Shown: positions 44,949 through 58,336, counted from the first letter of the stretch. The stretch: 64,000 nt of DNA from Vitrella brassicaformis CCMP3155 (GCA_001179505.1 CDMY01000385.1:124001-188000), one strand, 5' to 3'. A program made the numbers and translations. The notes: generated by a model not told the origin, from the sequence alone.

Positions 44949-47900
44949 ATGATGGATGAATCAGCCCAACAAGACCGCAGAGGCCAACGCGACCTTGATT
45001 CTGTTGCCACACCAGCAGGCGCCAAGGCGCTGAAGAAGAAGCTCAAGGCCCTCCAGAAGGACCGGCAGCTTAAGCAGCAGCAGACGAGCCACGAGCCGGA
45101 CATCGATGCGACAGAGGCGCTCATCAACCTTCGGAAGAAGAAGCAGAAGCAACAGAAGAAGCAGAGGGGCAAGAAGAACGACTTGTCGGTGGAGGCACAC
45201 AAGGACGATGAGGAGGACCCGCCGGAGGTGCGTCAGCTGGAGGATTTCGTGTTTGGCGGCGGTGTGGGCATGAGCGGTCCCCTGCCCTCACTCCAGCAGC
45301 TCGGTGGCCAGCTGGCCTCCCTGCGCCGGCAGCAAGACCTGTCGATGGCCGATGAGGAAGGCGATGATGATGCTGAAAATGACGAGGCTGAGGAGCTCAG
45401 GGAAGACGAGAGCTTTCTCTACCAGGACCAAGACCGAGAACAGCCGCCAGAAGCAGCGAGCAAGGCCAAGAAGAAGCAAAAGAGGAAGCGCAAAGAGGGC
45501 GGACAATCAGCAGGGGATGATGGTGATGTCGATTGGGACGATCTGTTCCGCATCGACGTGGAGCCGATGAAGGAAGACCCTTTTGCCAATCTATCTAGGG
45601 ACCAACCACAAGACGGCCAGCAAGACGTCGATCAAGAACAAGAAGACGACATCGAGCACTCTCCCACCTCACTTAACGCTCTCCGCCGGCAGGCGAAGCG
45701 GCAACGTAGCGGCCATGCTCACCAGAACGGTCCATTGCCACTACCGTCCCTATCGTCAGGCAGCGCGTGGCACGACCCCGATGACGACAACATCGCCGTC
45801 AACCTTGCGGCCATCCCGAAGCTCAAGAAGCTGCGGCGCGACGACAGGGAGACCGAGGTCAAGGGCAGCGTCTACGAGCAGAAGCTGCGAGTGCAGTTCC
45901 AGAAGAACCTTCCCGCGCCCAGCTGGGTGGAACTCGCAAGACAGAGGAGAGAGAGGAGAGAGGGGGGCGGGGGGGAAGAAGACAATGACAGTGACGAGAA
46001 TGACGAGCGGCAGCATGGGGGCGGTGGTGGTGGTGGGGGCGATGACGAGGCGCTTGCATTTCTGCGGACGAGCGGGAGGGTGCTGGAGGGTGGGGCGGAG
46101 AGCGGACGGCTGCCGCCGCACAAACTCAATATCAGGAGGATGCCTGAGCTCTTCCAGAAGGACCAGTCATGGTACGGGAGGGAGGAAGGAAGGGAGGGAG
46201 GGAGAGAGAGAGGGAGAGGGAGAGGGAGGCTTTGTGTGCTTGTCATGCCACAGGGGAATGTGTGTGTGTGTGTGCCATCCCTCCCTTCCTCCCTCCCTCC
46301 TTCCCTCCCTCCTTGTATGTGTTGATCAGCTCGAGCATCAAGGTGGTTGAGTTCCACCCCACGAGTGAGGTCCTTCTAGCGTGCGGCGACGACCAGACCA
46401 TGCGGCTGCACACAGTGAGCAGTTGACAATGATAGAGAGCAGCCCTCCCCTGATGGCTGACAGACACAGGGCTGACAGACACATGCAGCAGATCTCTCTG
46501 ATTGATGTGTGTGGGTGTGGTCAGGTCGACGGGCGGGACAACCCCCGTCTGAGCGTGCATCACCTCAAGAGGTTCAAGATACTCGACGCCGCTTTTGAGC
46601 CGGGGGGCAACCAGGTGCTGCTGACGAGCTACGGCAAAATGCTCGTCGATTACGACATGCAGTCAGGGTGCGGACACACACACACACACACGCGCACACT
46701 CACACAGAGACAGAGAGAGACAGAGAGAGGGAGAGGGAGAGGGAGAGAGGGCAATCCTGTGTTGCTTGTCATGTCATTCAGAGCGGTTCGCACCATCCCG
46801 GGTTTGGGTGGCCGCAGCGGTGACTCCAAGTATTGGGGCTTGCGGTTCACCCCCCCAGACCACCCACAATTCGCCACCTCGCCGCTCTTCGCTACCGTCA
46901 CCAACAATGGGTCGGTCAGTGCGGCAGCCGCACAGGACATCCATGCCATGCGTTGGTTCGTCGTTATGGCTGGCTGTGTGCGTCACGTCCGTGTGCAGCT
47001 ACGTGTGTGTGGTGGACTGGAAGACCAAGCAGCTGGTGCGGGCCGTCAAGGGCAACGCCGGGGTCTACGTAAGCACCGAGCACAGCACAGCACAGCACAG
47101 CACGCCAGCCAGGGGTGTGGTGATGGGTCACCCCACCCACGACCCCTTCCTGTCTGTCTGTGTGCTGTGCTGTGTGTGAATCTATCTGCATCAGGCTCGT
47201 GGCGTGTTCCACCCCTCCCGGCCCATCCTCTATACCGCTGACAAAGAGGCATACGTAAGCGCCGCCCCCGCCAGCACCCACACCCACACCCACACCTGCA
47301 CACCCAGCCCCTCACACACACGATGGACGGATGGACGGATGGATGGATGCCCCCGTGCCATGCAGATCTACGAGTGGGACCTCGGCAGCGGCCGGTGCAT
47401 CAGCAGGACGCAGGACGTCGGTGTGCTCTCGGTGTCGTGCCTCGAGGCTACCAGGACTGCCACCACCACCACCACCTCCCCCTCATCGACAGCACTGCTG
47501 GCCGCGGGGGGCACCCCGGGCATTGTGGACATATTCCCGCTGTCATCTGTGTCGACGGGCTTGCCGAACGGTCCGATCAAGGTCAGAAACAGACAGCAGG
47601 GCCTGCAGAGATGGGGATGGAGGGAGAGAGAGGTTGTGGGTGCGTTGGTTCGCTGGATTGGTCAGAGTGTGACGAATCTGACAACCGAGATCAGCACGCT
47701 GCGGTTCCACCCTTCGTGTGAGATACTGGCGATGGCCTCAAAGACCAAGAACAACCAGCTCAAACTGGTAGGGACACACACACACACACACATATCGGCC
47801 GGCACCTGTGTGTGTGCTTGTGTGTCGGGGGTGTGCACATGAATTGTGTCCATCTTTCATCAGCTGCATCTGCCGTCCTACACGGTGTTCCAGAATTGGC

Positions 47901-48022
47901 CCACCGAGCGCACCGTCTTCAAGGGCGTCACTGCCCTGGACTTCAGCCACACGGGCGGCTACATGGCTGTGGGCACGGATCGTGGCCGCGTGCTGCTCTG
48001 GCAGCTGCAGCACTATGCTTAG
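44949..48022 (+). CDS. UTP18: U3 snoRNA-associated protein 18 (WD40, SSU processome)
   Basis: 'AWHDPDDDNIAVNL...KLKKLRRDDRETEVKGSVYEQKLRVQFQK..PAPSWV'; WD repeats 'VVEFHPTSEVLLACGDDQTMRL', 'VTNLTTEISTLRFHPSCEILAMASKTKNNQLKLLHLPSYTVFQNWP...LDFSHTGGYMAVGTDRGRVLLWQLQHYA*'. Confidence 0.93.
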
Positions 48023-48272
48023 ATGGATGGACTTAGTAGGGGTGGCAGGGAGGGAGGGAGGGAGGGACGCATGATTCGCGCGGTGGTGGATTGGACAGGC
48101 TGCGAAGACACACACACACACACATATCTCTAGTGTCGGTCGGTCCGTCTGGTCTGACACATCAGGCACCTACTCCCAATGACAAATAAATCGCAAGACA
48201 GACACAGACACAGACACAACACACACAATGCGTCACAAAGCGTCAGGTCGGTCGGATGGCTACGGCCTATGC

Positions 48273-51200
48273 TCAAGTGCTTCCTTCATCCGCAATAACC
48301 TCCTTATCTATCTATCTGCCACACTGCTGCTGCAAATGCAGCTGCAGCTGCAGCTGCAGCACCCCCACTCCCACCCACCCACACCACATCAGCAAAACGC
48401 CCCAATCCCCCCCGCTGCCCAAGCCAAAAAGCCCAAGTCGAGCAAACCGAAACCCAAATCTAGCAAATCTAGAAAATCTCACCCCCCGCCCCCCCGCAGC
48501 ACTCTCGAGTCGCCTCTCCTCAGCACCATCCCCAGTAGTTGCTCTGCCAGAGACCCCCGGCCCCTCCCCCTCTACCACACAGGTGTGCTGATCGGCCGAG
48601 AGGTCCTGGCCGGATGTGCAGGAGCATGTGTAGGAGCCGGGGGTGTTGGTGCAGGTGTCTGAGCACTGGCCGTTGTCGATGAGGCACTCGTCGATGTCTT
48701 CGCAGGGCGAGTCGGGCTCGTCTGAGGAGGGGCGGTAGCCCGAGGGGCACTCGCACCTACACACAACACACAAGGGTAGGGAGGCAGACACACGTACACA
48801 CAGATAGATGCAGGCAGTCATGAGCATGACACACCTCTCGCTCTGCGTGTGTGTGTGTGTGTGGGAGAGGTGTGGTGTGTGTGTGTACCTATATCCCCCG
48901 TCAGTATTGGTGCACGCGCCGCCACACGTCTTCGCCACTTCCCCGCTCTCGCACTCGTTGATGTCCTCAAAGCTCCTGCACAGCAGCTGAACCTTTCTGT
49001 AACCCTCCGCCATATCCACCTGCACCACACTCACCCCAACCACCACCCCCTCCTCTCCGCAATACGCCCTCACAGAGGGGTCAGCTGCCGTCCGCTGCCG
49101 CAGCTCTATCCATGAGAACGGCCAGCTTGCTGCTGGTTGTTGTGGCGGTGACAAAAAAATGGGTGGCTGGAGGAACGATGCAGGCGGGCCACCGGCGATT
49201 CTATCGCTTCTCAAAGTCCCGATCGTGGGCGCGACGCGCCAGCCTCTTTCTGGCCAGGTCGACAAGGGCAGCGAGCAGCGAATACTCAGCTGGGAAAGAA
49301 CCAACCAAAGAGAGAGAGACATGGGTTTGCTGTGGAGTCAGATGTGTTGCGAGCGCTGCGCTGCCTACGCGGCTGCAGTGGGTGTCTTGGCACTTGAACT
49401 GCGTGACGACCTGCCCGTCGGGGCACTCGGCTGAGCTCCCTGACGGCCCCACAGGCTCCAGCCAACCGCCGGGGGGCTCCTGCGTCCGCATATCCGATTT
49501 CCTGCAGTGGCAAGGAGGGAGGGAGGAGTGTGTGTCTCGATGTGTGATGTGATGGTCGCCCCGCACCAGTAAGCCCGCAGCTTCTTGCACGAGTAGTCGT
49601 AGCACTGCATCCCTGTGATCGCGCGATTCTCCTGCCCACGCACAACACACACATTCTTCTTGTGCAGATGGCTGCAGGAGTGGTGTGTGCCCGTACGTTT
49701 GGCATGGTGTCAGTGTGGGTTGCGTCTCCCGGCGAGGTCACCCATCTCCCGTAGTCGGTGGCGAGCATCAGCGGCACACCCGGGCTGGTGATCCAGGTCT
49801 CGCTAAACACCTGCAAGCCACACACATACACACACATGGAAGTTCTCAACACACACACACACACACACCACACACATATGCTTACGTGGTTGGTGCCGCG
49901 TTTCATCCTAAAGTAGCCATTGTCCCCCCAGTCGTCGCCCCAGGAGTTGCGCATGAGCCAGTAGGGCACCCCGTCCTTGACCCCCCAGCCCACCACAGCC
50001 ACCTCGTGGTCGCCCACAGGCACTGGGTTCATCAGGTAATTCTGATTGACCACAGAGAGAGAGAGAGAGAGAGTGGAGGAGGGAGACGGGGGCGGCTGGG
50101 TGGGTGGGTGGGTGAGGGCTTACTCGTGTGTATACGCCAGTGGGGTTGTCAGCAAAGAATGGGATGAAGTCGCTGTAGACGGTGAAGGCCGTCACTATGG
50201 GGCCGTTGCGATAGATGTCACGCTGACACACACACACACACACACACACGTGTACCCACACGAGCATATCGATGAATGACTGTCTTCGCTTGCTCTCTCT
50301 TTGTGTGCCCCGTGTGGTGTGCACAATACCATGGCGCTTTCGACGATTTCGTCCTGTGTGTATGCCTCGCGGGTGTTGGGATTCCACTCGCCGGGCCCCG
50401 GCAGAAAGCCCCACTCCGCCTGCAGTTCCATTGCAACACACACGATGAAGGAAGGGGTATCTGTCTGTCTGTCTGTCTATCTGGGTGGGTGAGTGGGGTG
50501 GTGGGTGCCTTCTACCGACCGTGCTGAATAGAGCCGGCTTGTGGAATTGGCAGTCCGGGACCTCGTTGCTCGGTGTGCACTCGCCCTGCTCTGCTCCACC
50601 ACCACCCCCGGCCAGCCCGAAGTCCGTCACGCGATGCTGCCGACGGTCGTAAGATGATGACGGACCAGAACCCTACACAGCACAGGAGGCAGAGAGGTGA
50701 CCTTCCCGCGGCTGGCAGTGCGCCGCCTCTCTCCCCTTTTTTCCGCTTTCTTACCTTGCTGGGATCCTTCGGAATGCCCGTTGCCACCGATCTATCCTTT
50801 AGCTCCCTGCCGCTGCTGCTGCTGCCGCTTTTGGTGGTGTTGCCAGCAGCATCTACTTCCAACAATTTGCCTTCACCGGTGCCGCCCTCATCGTCGGCGT
50901 CAATTTCCTCGGGCTCGACGACACCGCCCGAGCCAACCCAGCAATGCGAGGCGTACGGGTAGTCGCTATTGTACCCCACGCCCTCGGCCGACACGTGGTG
51001 CGCCACGATGTCCGCAAAACCGCCGTGGCAACCTGATGTTGATTTTGGTGTGTTGTGGGGGAGAGAGAGGGGTGAGGGTGTGTGTTTGTGAGTCTGGGGG
51101 GGGGNNNNNNNNNNNNNNNNNNNNNNNNNNNNNNNNNNNNNNNNNNNNNNNNNNNNNNNNNNNNNNNNNNNNNNNNNNNNNNNNNNNNNNNNNNNNNNNN

Positions 51201-54200
51201 NNNNNNNNNNNNNNNNNNNNNNNNNNNNNNNNNNNNNNNNNNNNNNNNNNNNNNNNNNNNNNNNNNNNNNNNNNNNNNNNNNNNNNNNNNNNNNNNNNNN
51301 NNNNNNNNNNNNNNNNNNNNNNNNNNNNNNNNNNNNNNNNNNNNNNNNNNNNNNNNNNNNNNNNNNNNNNNNNNNNNNNNNNNNNNNNNNNNNNNNNNNN
51401 NNNNGTTACCGAGTGCGAGGCCGTAGACTCTGAGTGCTTGGACCTCACTGTGGCACGAAAGCCCCTCCTGAATGGACAGCTGACGCCTGACACATACATA
51501 CCAACCCACACACACACGAGTGTGTGCCTGAGTGAGTGGTTAGGTGTTGTCATCCATCCTGTCAGCTCACTCACTGACCTTCTGCCAGCCGAGGTGAGCA
51601 TGACTGTCGGATCTCTCATGCACAGCCGGTCCCCCAAAGCAGACAAAGCGCTCACCACCCAACACGAACCACACCGACCCTACACAGACAGGTACAGCCC
51701 ACCATTCTCTCTCTCTCGTGTGTGTCATGGGTGTGTTGGTGAAGAGCGACGTGTGACGAGCGACGTGTGACGTGTGGCGTCATACCTGTGAGATCACGTG
51801 TTTGGGCGGGAAGCACTTGGGGTACGCCTTGCGGACGTCATACTCCTTGGGCGGCGGCTCACCAGACAGATCAATGTGCCGCATCTCCAGCGCCATCAGC
51901 TGTTTCAACAGTGGGTACACGTCAGGCCGGTTGCCGATGAACCCCATGGCCGGCACGGGCACATCCTCTGTCCCTGTCCCTGTCGCTGTTCCTCTCGCTG
52001 TTTCTGCTCCCGTCTCTCTCTCCTCCGGCACTTGGAAAGTGCTCTTGGTCATCAGCTTGCAGGCGTCGATGGGCAGCGTGACCACCTTGTGTGTCAGCCT
52101 CGCCAGCTCTTCAGCATTTTCTGACGGCGGGCCTGTGGTCGTCTCGTTGTGACTGTCATGGCCACTTGTTGCTGTGGTTGGTGCTGCTGTTGATGACGGT
52201 GACTGTGATGGTGATGATGTTGATGTTGATGTCGGGGCGGTTGTGGTGTCCGTGCTGGGGGTGGAGGTGTTTGTGCCCGTCACTGTGTCCAGCGGCTGCT
52301 GCACATCCTCGGTGGGAGACGGAGAGGGGTCCGAAGAGGGGGAGGGGGCACCGGTCGTCGTCGTAACATCCGCACCCCCGTCACGAGTCCCGTTGCTGCT
52401 CCCATTCTCGTACACGAACACCTGCCTCCCACCCTTCCCACCATCCCGCCGCCTCCCCCTCTCTCTCTCGCTCGCCATCTCTGCCGTCCTGCCCTCAACG
52501 CCCGCATCCGATTTGCCCACTTGGCCGCCTCTGACGATGCCTTCGCTTGCTGTGGGCCTCCTGAACTTGCCGGATGCGGGTGCCAGGGAAGAGGTGATCG
52601 GGATGATGGTTTTGTATCTGGGGGTGGCGATGTACTTCTTGGTGTGGGGGCGGGGGGTGGGGGAGGGGCGAGATCGCTGCTGGGTGAAATGGGGGAGGGA
52701 GAGGGGTCGCTGCTGCACAAAGGTCGGGCGAGACGATGATCTCGGCGACGGCGCGGCTATGTGTGGGAACGTCTCATTGTGGTGGGCAGCCGCTGAGCTC
52801 CTCTGTGTAGTGGTCGCGTTGTGTCGGCTCCTGTGGCCATTCTCGTGTGCCGCTGCCCGCCTCCTCTCACTCTCGTGCTTGACAACAAGATGGCTGGAAA
52901 TCGACGCATCCTTCTTGATGTGACTCGTGACCGCGGCTGCTGCCGGCCTCCTCGTCGGCTGGTGCTGCTGCGGCGGCTGATGATGCTGTTGATGATGATG
53001 GTAGGTCGCCAGCCTGCCCTCCTCCTGCATCCCCGGCGTGATCTCCATCTCGTGCACATACGACCCAGGCGACGAAGACGGCGACTTGTCCGCACTTCTC
53101 TCGGCCTCTTGTTCGATAAACTCGGCACCGAAAGGGAACTTCTCTATGAAAATGGGGTCACCCTTGGTCCGGTCATGCACCCGCACGGCGTCATCTGGAT
53201 CGATAGGCTCGAGCGCGTTGGTGTCCTTCTCCAAAAAACGCGCTTCCTCGTCTGTGTCATTGGCAGGGAAGTCTGTCTCATTGGTGAAAGGGGAGCCCGG
53301 TGGGAGGTAGCTGGGTGGCAGGGTGGTCGTCACGAGAGAGGCGTTGGCGTATGGGGGAGAGGTTGTTGTGGTGCTGGTGGTGGTGCTTGTGGTGGTGGTG
53401 GTGCTTGTGGTGGTCGTGGTCGATTGCGGCCGGCCGCCGAAGAGCCCCGGTGCCGCGGTGGTTGTTGGATGTGAGCCGTGTTGGATGCCCCATTGTACCT
53501 GAGTAAGGCCGCAAGCACACACGCACGCACGCACACACCCATACACATGACGGCGGAAAAGACCCCCACCCACCGACCCACCGACCTCGAATTGGTGCGT
53601 TTTGGGTATATCGTTGTCGCTGGGCACGTCTGTTCTATTGTGACGGTTCTTGGCGGCCACCTTGGCGGTGAAAGTGACACAAATGCCCTGGCAGAGAGCT
53701 ATCTTGGGGGCCGGCCGGGGCAGCACGGTAAGGTTGAGCTCGGGAAACCCGCTGCCGCACCGCTCACGACGGTCACGGTTGATGAGTGTCTGCGTGACAG
53801 CAACCGAGTGCGCGACCATCTTGGAGTCGGGGGAAGCCCTTCTTGGTGCGTCGCCAGCCTCGTTGTCGATGTCACACGCGTGTGGGCTCACCCTTATCAA
53901 CTCATACCCTTGTCCCTGTCCCTCTGGCTGTGGCTCGTGCGCCGTCCCAGTCCGCACATGGACCCAGAGACGATGCCCCATCGGCTGGGAAGCGACGAAG
54001 AAATAGTCGTGAGGCGCTTGGACGATCCGCTTCATCAGCCGGATGTGCACCACCGAGGGGTTCAGCCCGGTCAGGTCACCGTCGGGGCAGCCGCCCCCAG
54101 TCCTCTGCTCGTTGATCTGCTCAATAGCCCACAGGAAGGCGCACTTGGCGTCCTCCTCGGCTGTAGTGCCGTTGATGTCCTCCAGTGTGCTGCCCTGCTG

Positions 54201-54557
54201 GGACTCGTTCAACAAAGGCGCCACGTTGCGGAGCATCATGGACCGGTCCTCGCCCGTCGGCTCCTGCATCGACGCAATCTTGCATGGCGGCGTCAGGTCG
54301 CCCGTCACGTTGGGAGCGGCCACATCCCCCAGCGGGGGGATGCTGTCCACACCGCCGCGCATATGCGTCGGATGCGTCGGTCGCCGGCCGTGCTTGGCCG
54401 TGAGATTGACCATCAGCTGAGGCTGGATGCTGCCGTCGGAGCTGACGGTGCGATGTGTGGGGTGATGGCGGTGGTCGATGGCGGATGATGAGGGAACCAG
54501 CGAGAGCAACGCGGCGATTTCGATGAGCAGCAGCAGCACAGTGGGCGCTTTTTGCAT
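48273..54557 (-). CDS. Large secreted papain-family (C1A, cathepsin B-like) cysteine protease with long N-terminal prodomain and C-terminal Cys-rich and Ca-EGF domains
   Basis: Signal peptide 'MQKAPTVLLLLIEIAALLSLVPSSSA'; 'EYDVRKAYPKC...ISQ|GRCGSCW' (catalytic Cys), 'GCHGG', 'DIYRNGPIVTAFTVYSDF', 'GDHEVAVVGWG' (His), 'YWLMRNSWGDDWGDNGYFRMKRG' (Asn); EGF_CA 'DINECES...CTNTDGGYRCEC' and 'DIDECLIDNGQCSDTCTNTPGSYTCSC'. The 3' end is approximate. Confidence 0.9.
51105..51404. other. Assembly gap (300 N) inside a cathepsin intron
   Basis: The run of N follows a G homopolymer. The flanking exons splice as 'ALG|CHGG'. Confidence 0.97.
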
Positions 54558-55306
54558 CTGCGGGGCACACAGAAGCCACAGACAGTGAGCACGGGACCCT
54601 CCCTCAGTGCAAATGGCGTCCACATTGACCATACAAACAGTAAAACACGCTCGTGGTTGCCAGGTGATGGCTGCGCTTACCATTGCACAGCCGACACAAA
54701 ATCTACCGGACCCCCAGATGCGATAAGGCTCGAGCCTCAGCGCTGCGTCAGGGGTGATGCAGGCACCCGGTCCGTGGGATGGGGCGGGCTCCCATATTCG
54801 AAGTCTTCAGTCGAAGATCAACATGGAAGGTGCGTGCAACCGTGCGGGGATTGAACAAAGCGGTCCGATAGAGTGGCTGAAATCACCAAAACTGGAAGTG
54901 GGAGCCTCCCGATTTGTTCATTCGTTCGGAAAGGTCACGATGATTTGGGGCACCACGTCAATCCGCTCCCCCGGTCCAACTGTGCGGCTCGCAGACACAG
55001 CGCCAGGGAGAGAGATTGGCATTGCAACCGCTCTTTTTGGTCGTCACATCGTTGCCATCTCGCCGTGTCTCGTCCACGCGCGACACGGATAGGTCGTCTA
55101 CACGAGTACAACGCTATACAACGCGGACAGAATGACGGTCTCTGGAATGTCGGCTGCATCGGCCTTGTTTTTCTTAAGAATGCGTATGCACGCCCCCCTC
55201 CCATTCAGATCTTATCATGGCAGCCCCGTGGCCCCGCCTGCCTTCCTTCCTCCTTCCCTGCCTCCCTCACATACATACAGACAGACAGACAGAGAGCACG
55301 TGTTCA

Positions 55307-56910
55307 TCAGACCACTCCTGTTGCCACATGAGGCCCGCCATCTTCCCCTAACTCCTCGTCTCTTGCCTCTTCTCGGTCTGCTGGTGCTTCCCCCCCACCG
55401 CTGTCTTCTCCCTCCTGTTCAGCCCCGTTGCCTTGGCCACTTGTGTCGTTGGCTGTTGTCGTGCCGCCCGATGGCTCACCCGACTCGATGGCTTCTCGCA
55501 GTGCCTTCCTGGCGTAGCTAAAGAGGGAGACAGGGAGCAGCAAGGCATGCGCAGTCAAGGCTTACGCCTACCGTGTGATGAGGTACACCTGCGTCGAGAG
55601 ACACAAACAATGGATTGATGGTTGTGTTTGGGGTGTGTGCGTCATCCTTCGTCTTACCGCAATGACTGTGGCCAGGAGTCCGACAGTGATAACGACTGTG
55701 TTGATCACGTCCCCACTCCCGCCCCCTGCGTCACGTGTACCAGACACATGGGCAGCTGTGCATATGTGGCCGGCTCCCATGGATGCTCACCGTCCGAGAA
55801 AATCGCCGGAATGGCACCGATATATACGTAGAGAGCTGTGCCGGGAATGATGGCGATCGTCCCTGTTCCAGAATGAACAGACAACATAACAGCGTTCATG
55901 GAGACATACAAGAAACCGAATGAAACCACCCACCAATGGCGTAATCCTTGTATCGGCTGCTCGTACCGCCCTTCAACCACAACAACAACAGCAACACAGC
56001 AGTAGAAGCAACAGCAGCAGCAATGGACACTAGTCATCATGCAGCTCAAAGTGACCGCCCACCATGACGTAATTGAAGGCACTGAAGGGCACGACAGGCG
56101 AGAGCCTCAGGAGAAAGTTGATCTTGAGCCCCTGCGTCTCGAAGACGTTGTCGATCGCCTTGATGACGCGAAACTTGTTGACTAAAGACTCAACGAAATC
56201 CTTCAAAACGAATCGCCCGCCCAGGAAAGCCAGCTGCGCCCCCATGAAGGCACCGATAAACACGGCAGAGATGGCAAGAGGAAGCTGAGACACATGCGAG
56301 GTCGGAGAGACGTCGATCCATTCATGTGTCTCCTGTATAAGCATGGATTGCCAGACGCTCTCACCCCCACACCGATGCCCAACGCGCTGACGAAGGTGAA
56401 TCCAGCACCTGCATACAAAATGCCATCGGGGAAGAAGGAAGAATGCAAATTGTGCGGTATGCATACCGACCAAGAGTGAGGATGCTGCCGGGAAGAAATC
56501 CCACTGTCGCCACCATATAGACCACAACAAATACCGCCCACCCAGGGCCTGGATTGTCCTCCACCCGTTCGAGAAAAGACCTCACAGCGTTCACCATATG
56601 CTTCGACTGCATGACATTAAAGCAAGTGTCGCAGCTGCTGACCGACCGACAGTCGCGACATAATACGCCACATACCGTCAGGGAATCAATGACAACAGCG
56701 ATTATCATGATGATCATAATAGCCAGAATGAGCAGCTCTGAAAGAGAAACCAGCCGACCATAAGGTCGTCTGATGGCGCAAGTCTCCTCACTTACTTTTC
56801 CATGACACAAAAACCCACTCTCTCCAGGTGCGTTTGGCCTTGGCTTCGGTCGCCTCCGTCCTTTCCTCTTCGCTCTCGATATGGGCGGAGTCTGGATGCT
56901 CCGTGCTCAT
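55307..56910 (-). CDS. TVP38/TMEM64 (SNARE-associated, DedA/VTT-domain) membrane protein
   Basis: 'WAVFVVVYMVATVGFLPGSILTLG', 'GAFMGAQLAFLGGRFVLKDFVE', 'AIDNVFETQGLKINFLLRLSPVVPFSAFNYVMVG', 'IIPGTALYVYIG', 'YARKALRE'. The start is inferred at 56910 (MSTEHPDS). Confidence 0.88.
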
Positions 56911-57540
56911 CTGTTGCAGACAGAGAGATACAGCGCACATGCGCATGACCCATGAGCTGATCTCTCAATGTGCCGGTTACCTCTGCTTCTAGCTCTGAGA
57001 GCACAATCAAGGGAACATCAGCCGCAACAGGTCATGGGATCGAAGGACAGTGGTGCATGACTGATGGCTGAAACATGTACCTGGATTTGGCATCCCCTCC
57101 TGTTCGCTCTTGTGCACCTTCTTCATGAACGGCTGTGTGGCCACGCACGCCGGACAACGAACGAAATCGATGTATTTTCACCCTTCCTTTCCGATCCCGG
57201 CTGACCTTCATAAGCCGCTGGCACCACTCACAGTTTGACATATTCAGGAACACCACAAACTGCATGAACCAATGACCACACCAACCAACGGGCTGGAACG
57301 TGGGCTTGGTGCTTTTCTCGTAGTCCTTTCTTACCGGCTGGGCGCCGTTGACAACGCGATGCGTGCGTGCGTTCGCCATTGCGTGTTTGGGAGGGGGGGA
57401 GGGGAGGCCTAAGGCGGCCCCAAACGGGGGCCCCAGTTCGATCGTGCAGTGGAGCGTCTTTTGGATTCAAGAGCCCTTTCAAGTACCGTCTTTCGCATTT
57501 CACCCCAAAGCCGAACAGCTGTGTCTCCCCTGTCGTCATC

Positions 57541-58336
57541 ATGCGGCTGAACTTCGAGGCCTTTCTTCACCTGCTGCACTTCGGCTTTTTCATCGGGGCT
57601 CCTCACCCCGACATGGTGCCGCCCCCGCCCCCCATCAACGAAGAGGAATTCAAGCATCAGACAAGGCATCAGAGGCCCACATGCACTGGGGGTGCTCGCC
57701 GTGCAGCCCGTCGTCGAGGGAAGCGAGGACAGCAACTGTCGGCCCCTGCACTGCAGCAAGCCAGCATCAACAGCATCAACAGCATCAACAGCATCAGCAT
57801 CAGCATCAACAGCGGCACCGGCAGTGCAAGCGGCAACTGGATCACCCGCGACAAGGAGGCAGAGTATCGAAGGTGGACGGCTCCCGCTGCCGGGCAAGCC
57901 GAGTTGGGCGACAAGGAACAAGAGAACAAGGGCGGCGTCAGCAACAAGGGCAAGGTGAGAGCGAACTTGGATGAAGTCTCACTTACATGGCATTGTAACG
58001 GAAATCTCTATCGCTGTCTCTGCCTCGCACTCAGGATGTTCTTGCCAATGAGCCCTCATCGTCCGCTGCCTCTGCCAGCGCCACCGTCGACAAGAAGGCC
58101 ACCCGGCTGCAGCGTGTGACACTGCGGGATCACGAGCTGCCCGTGGCGAGGGCTCCGGTGGCCGAAAAGATGGTATCGGTGCTGGTACGTATATGTGCAC
58201 CTCCTGCACACATCTATCCATCCACCTATCACTCTCTTGTGTCGTGTGGATGCAGGCGGAGAAGATCAAGGGCAGCGGCCCCAGCGTGGTGTGCAACAAC
58301 AAACACGCCAACACCAAATACAACAACGGAATCTGA
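57541..58336 (+). CDS. Hypothetical low-complexity protein, 3 exons (5' end uncertain; the open frame extends to 57367)
   Basis: The ORF splices at 'NKGK|gtgaga...cag|DVLANEP' and 'VSVL|gtacgt...cag|AEKIKG...KYNNGI*', preserving the frame; S/I/N and P-rich segments. Confidence 0.5.

Noticed and set aside
57032-57379. 115-aa minus-strand ORF ('WCGHWFMQFVVFLNM...') as a possible transposon or viral fragment
   Set aside because: No recognisable domain, terminal repeats or target-site duplication; it could be UTR or promoter sequence.
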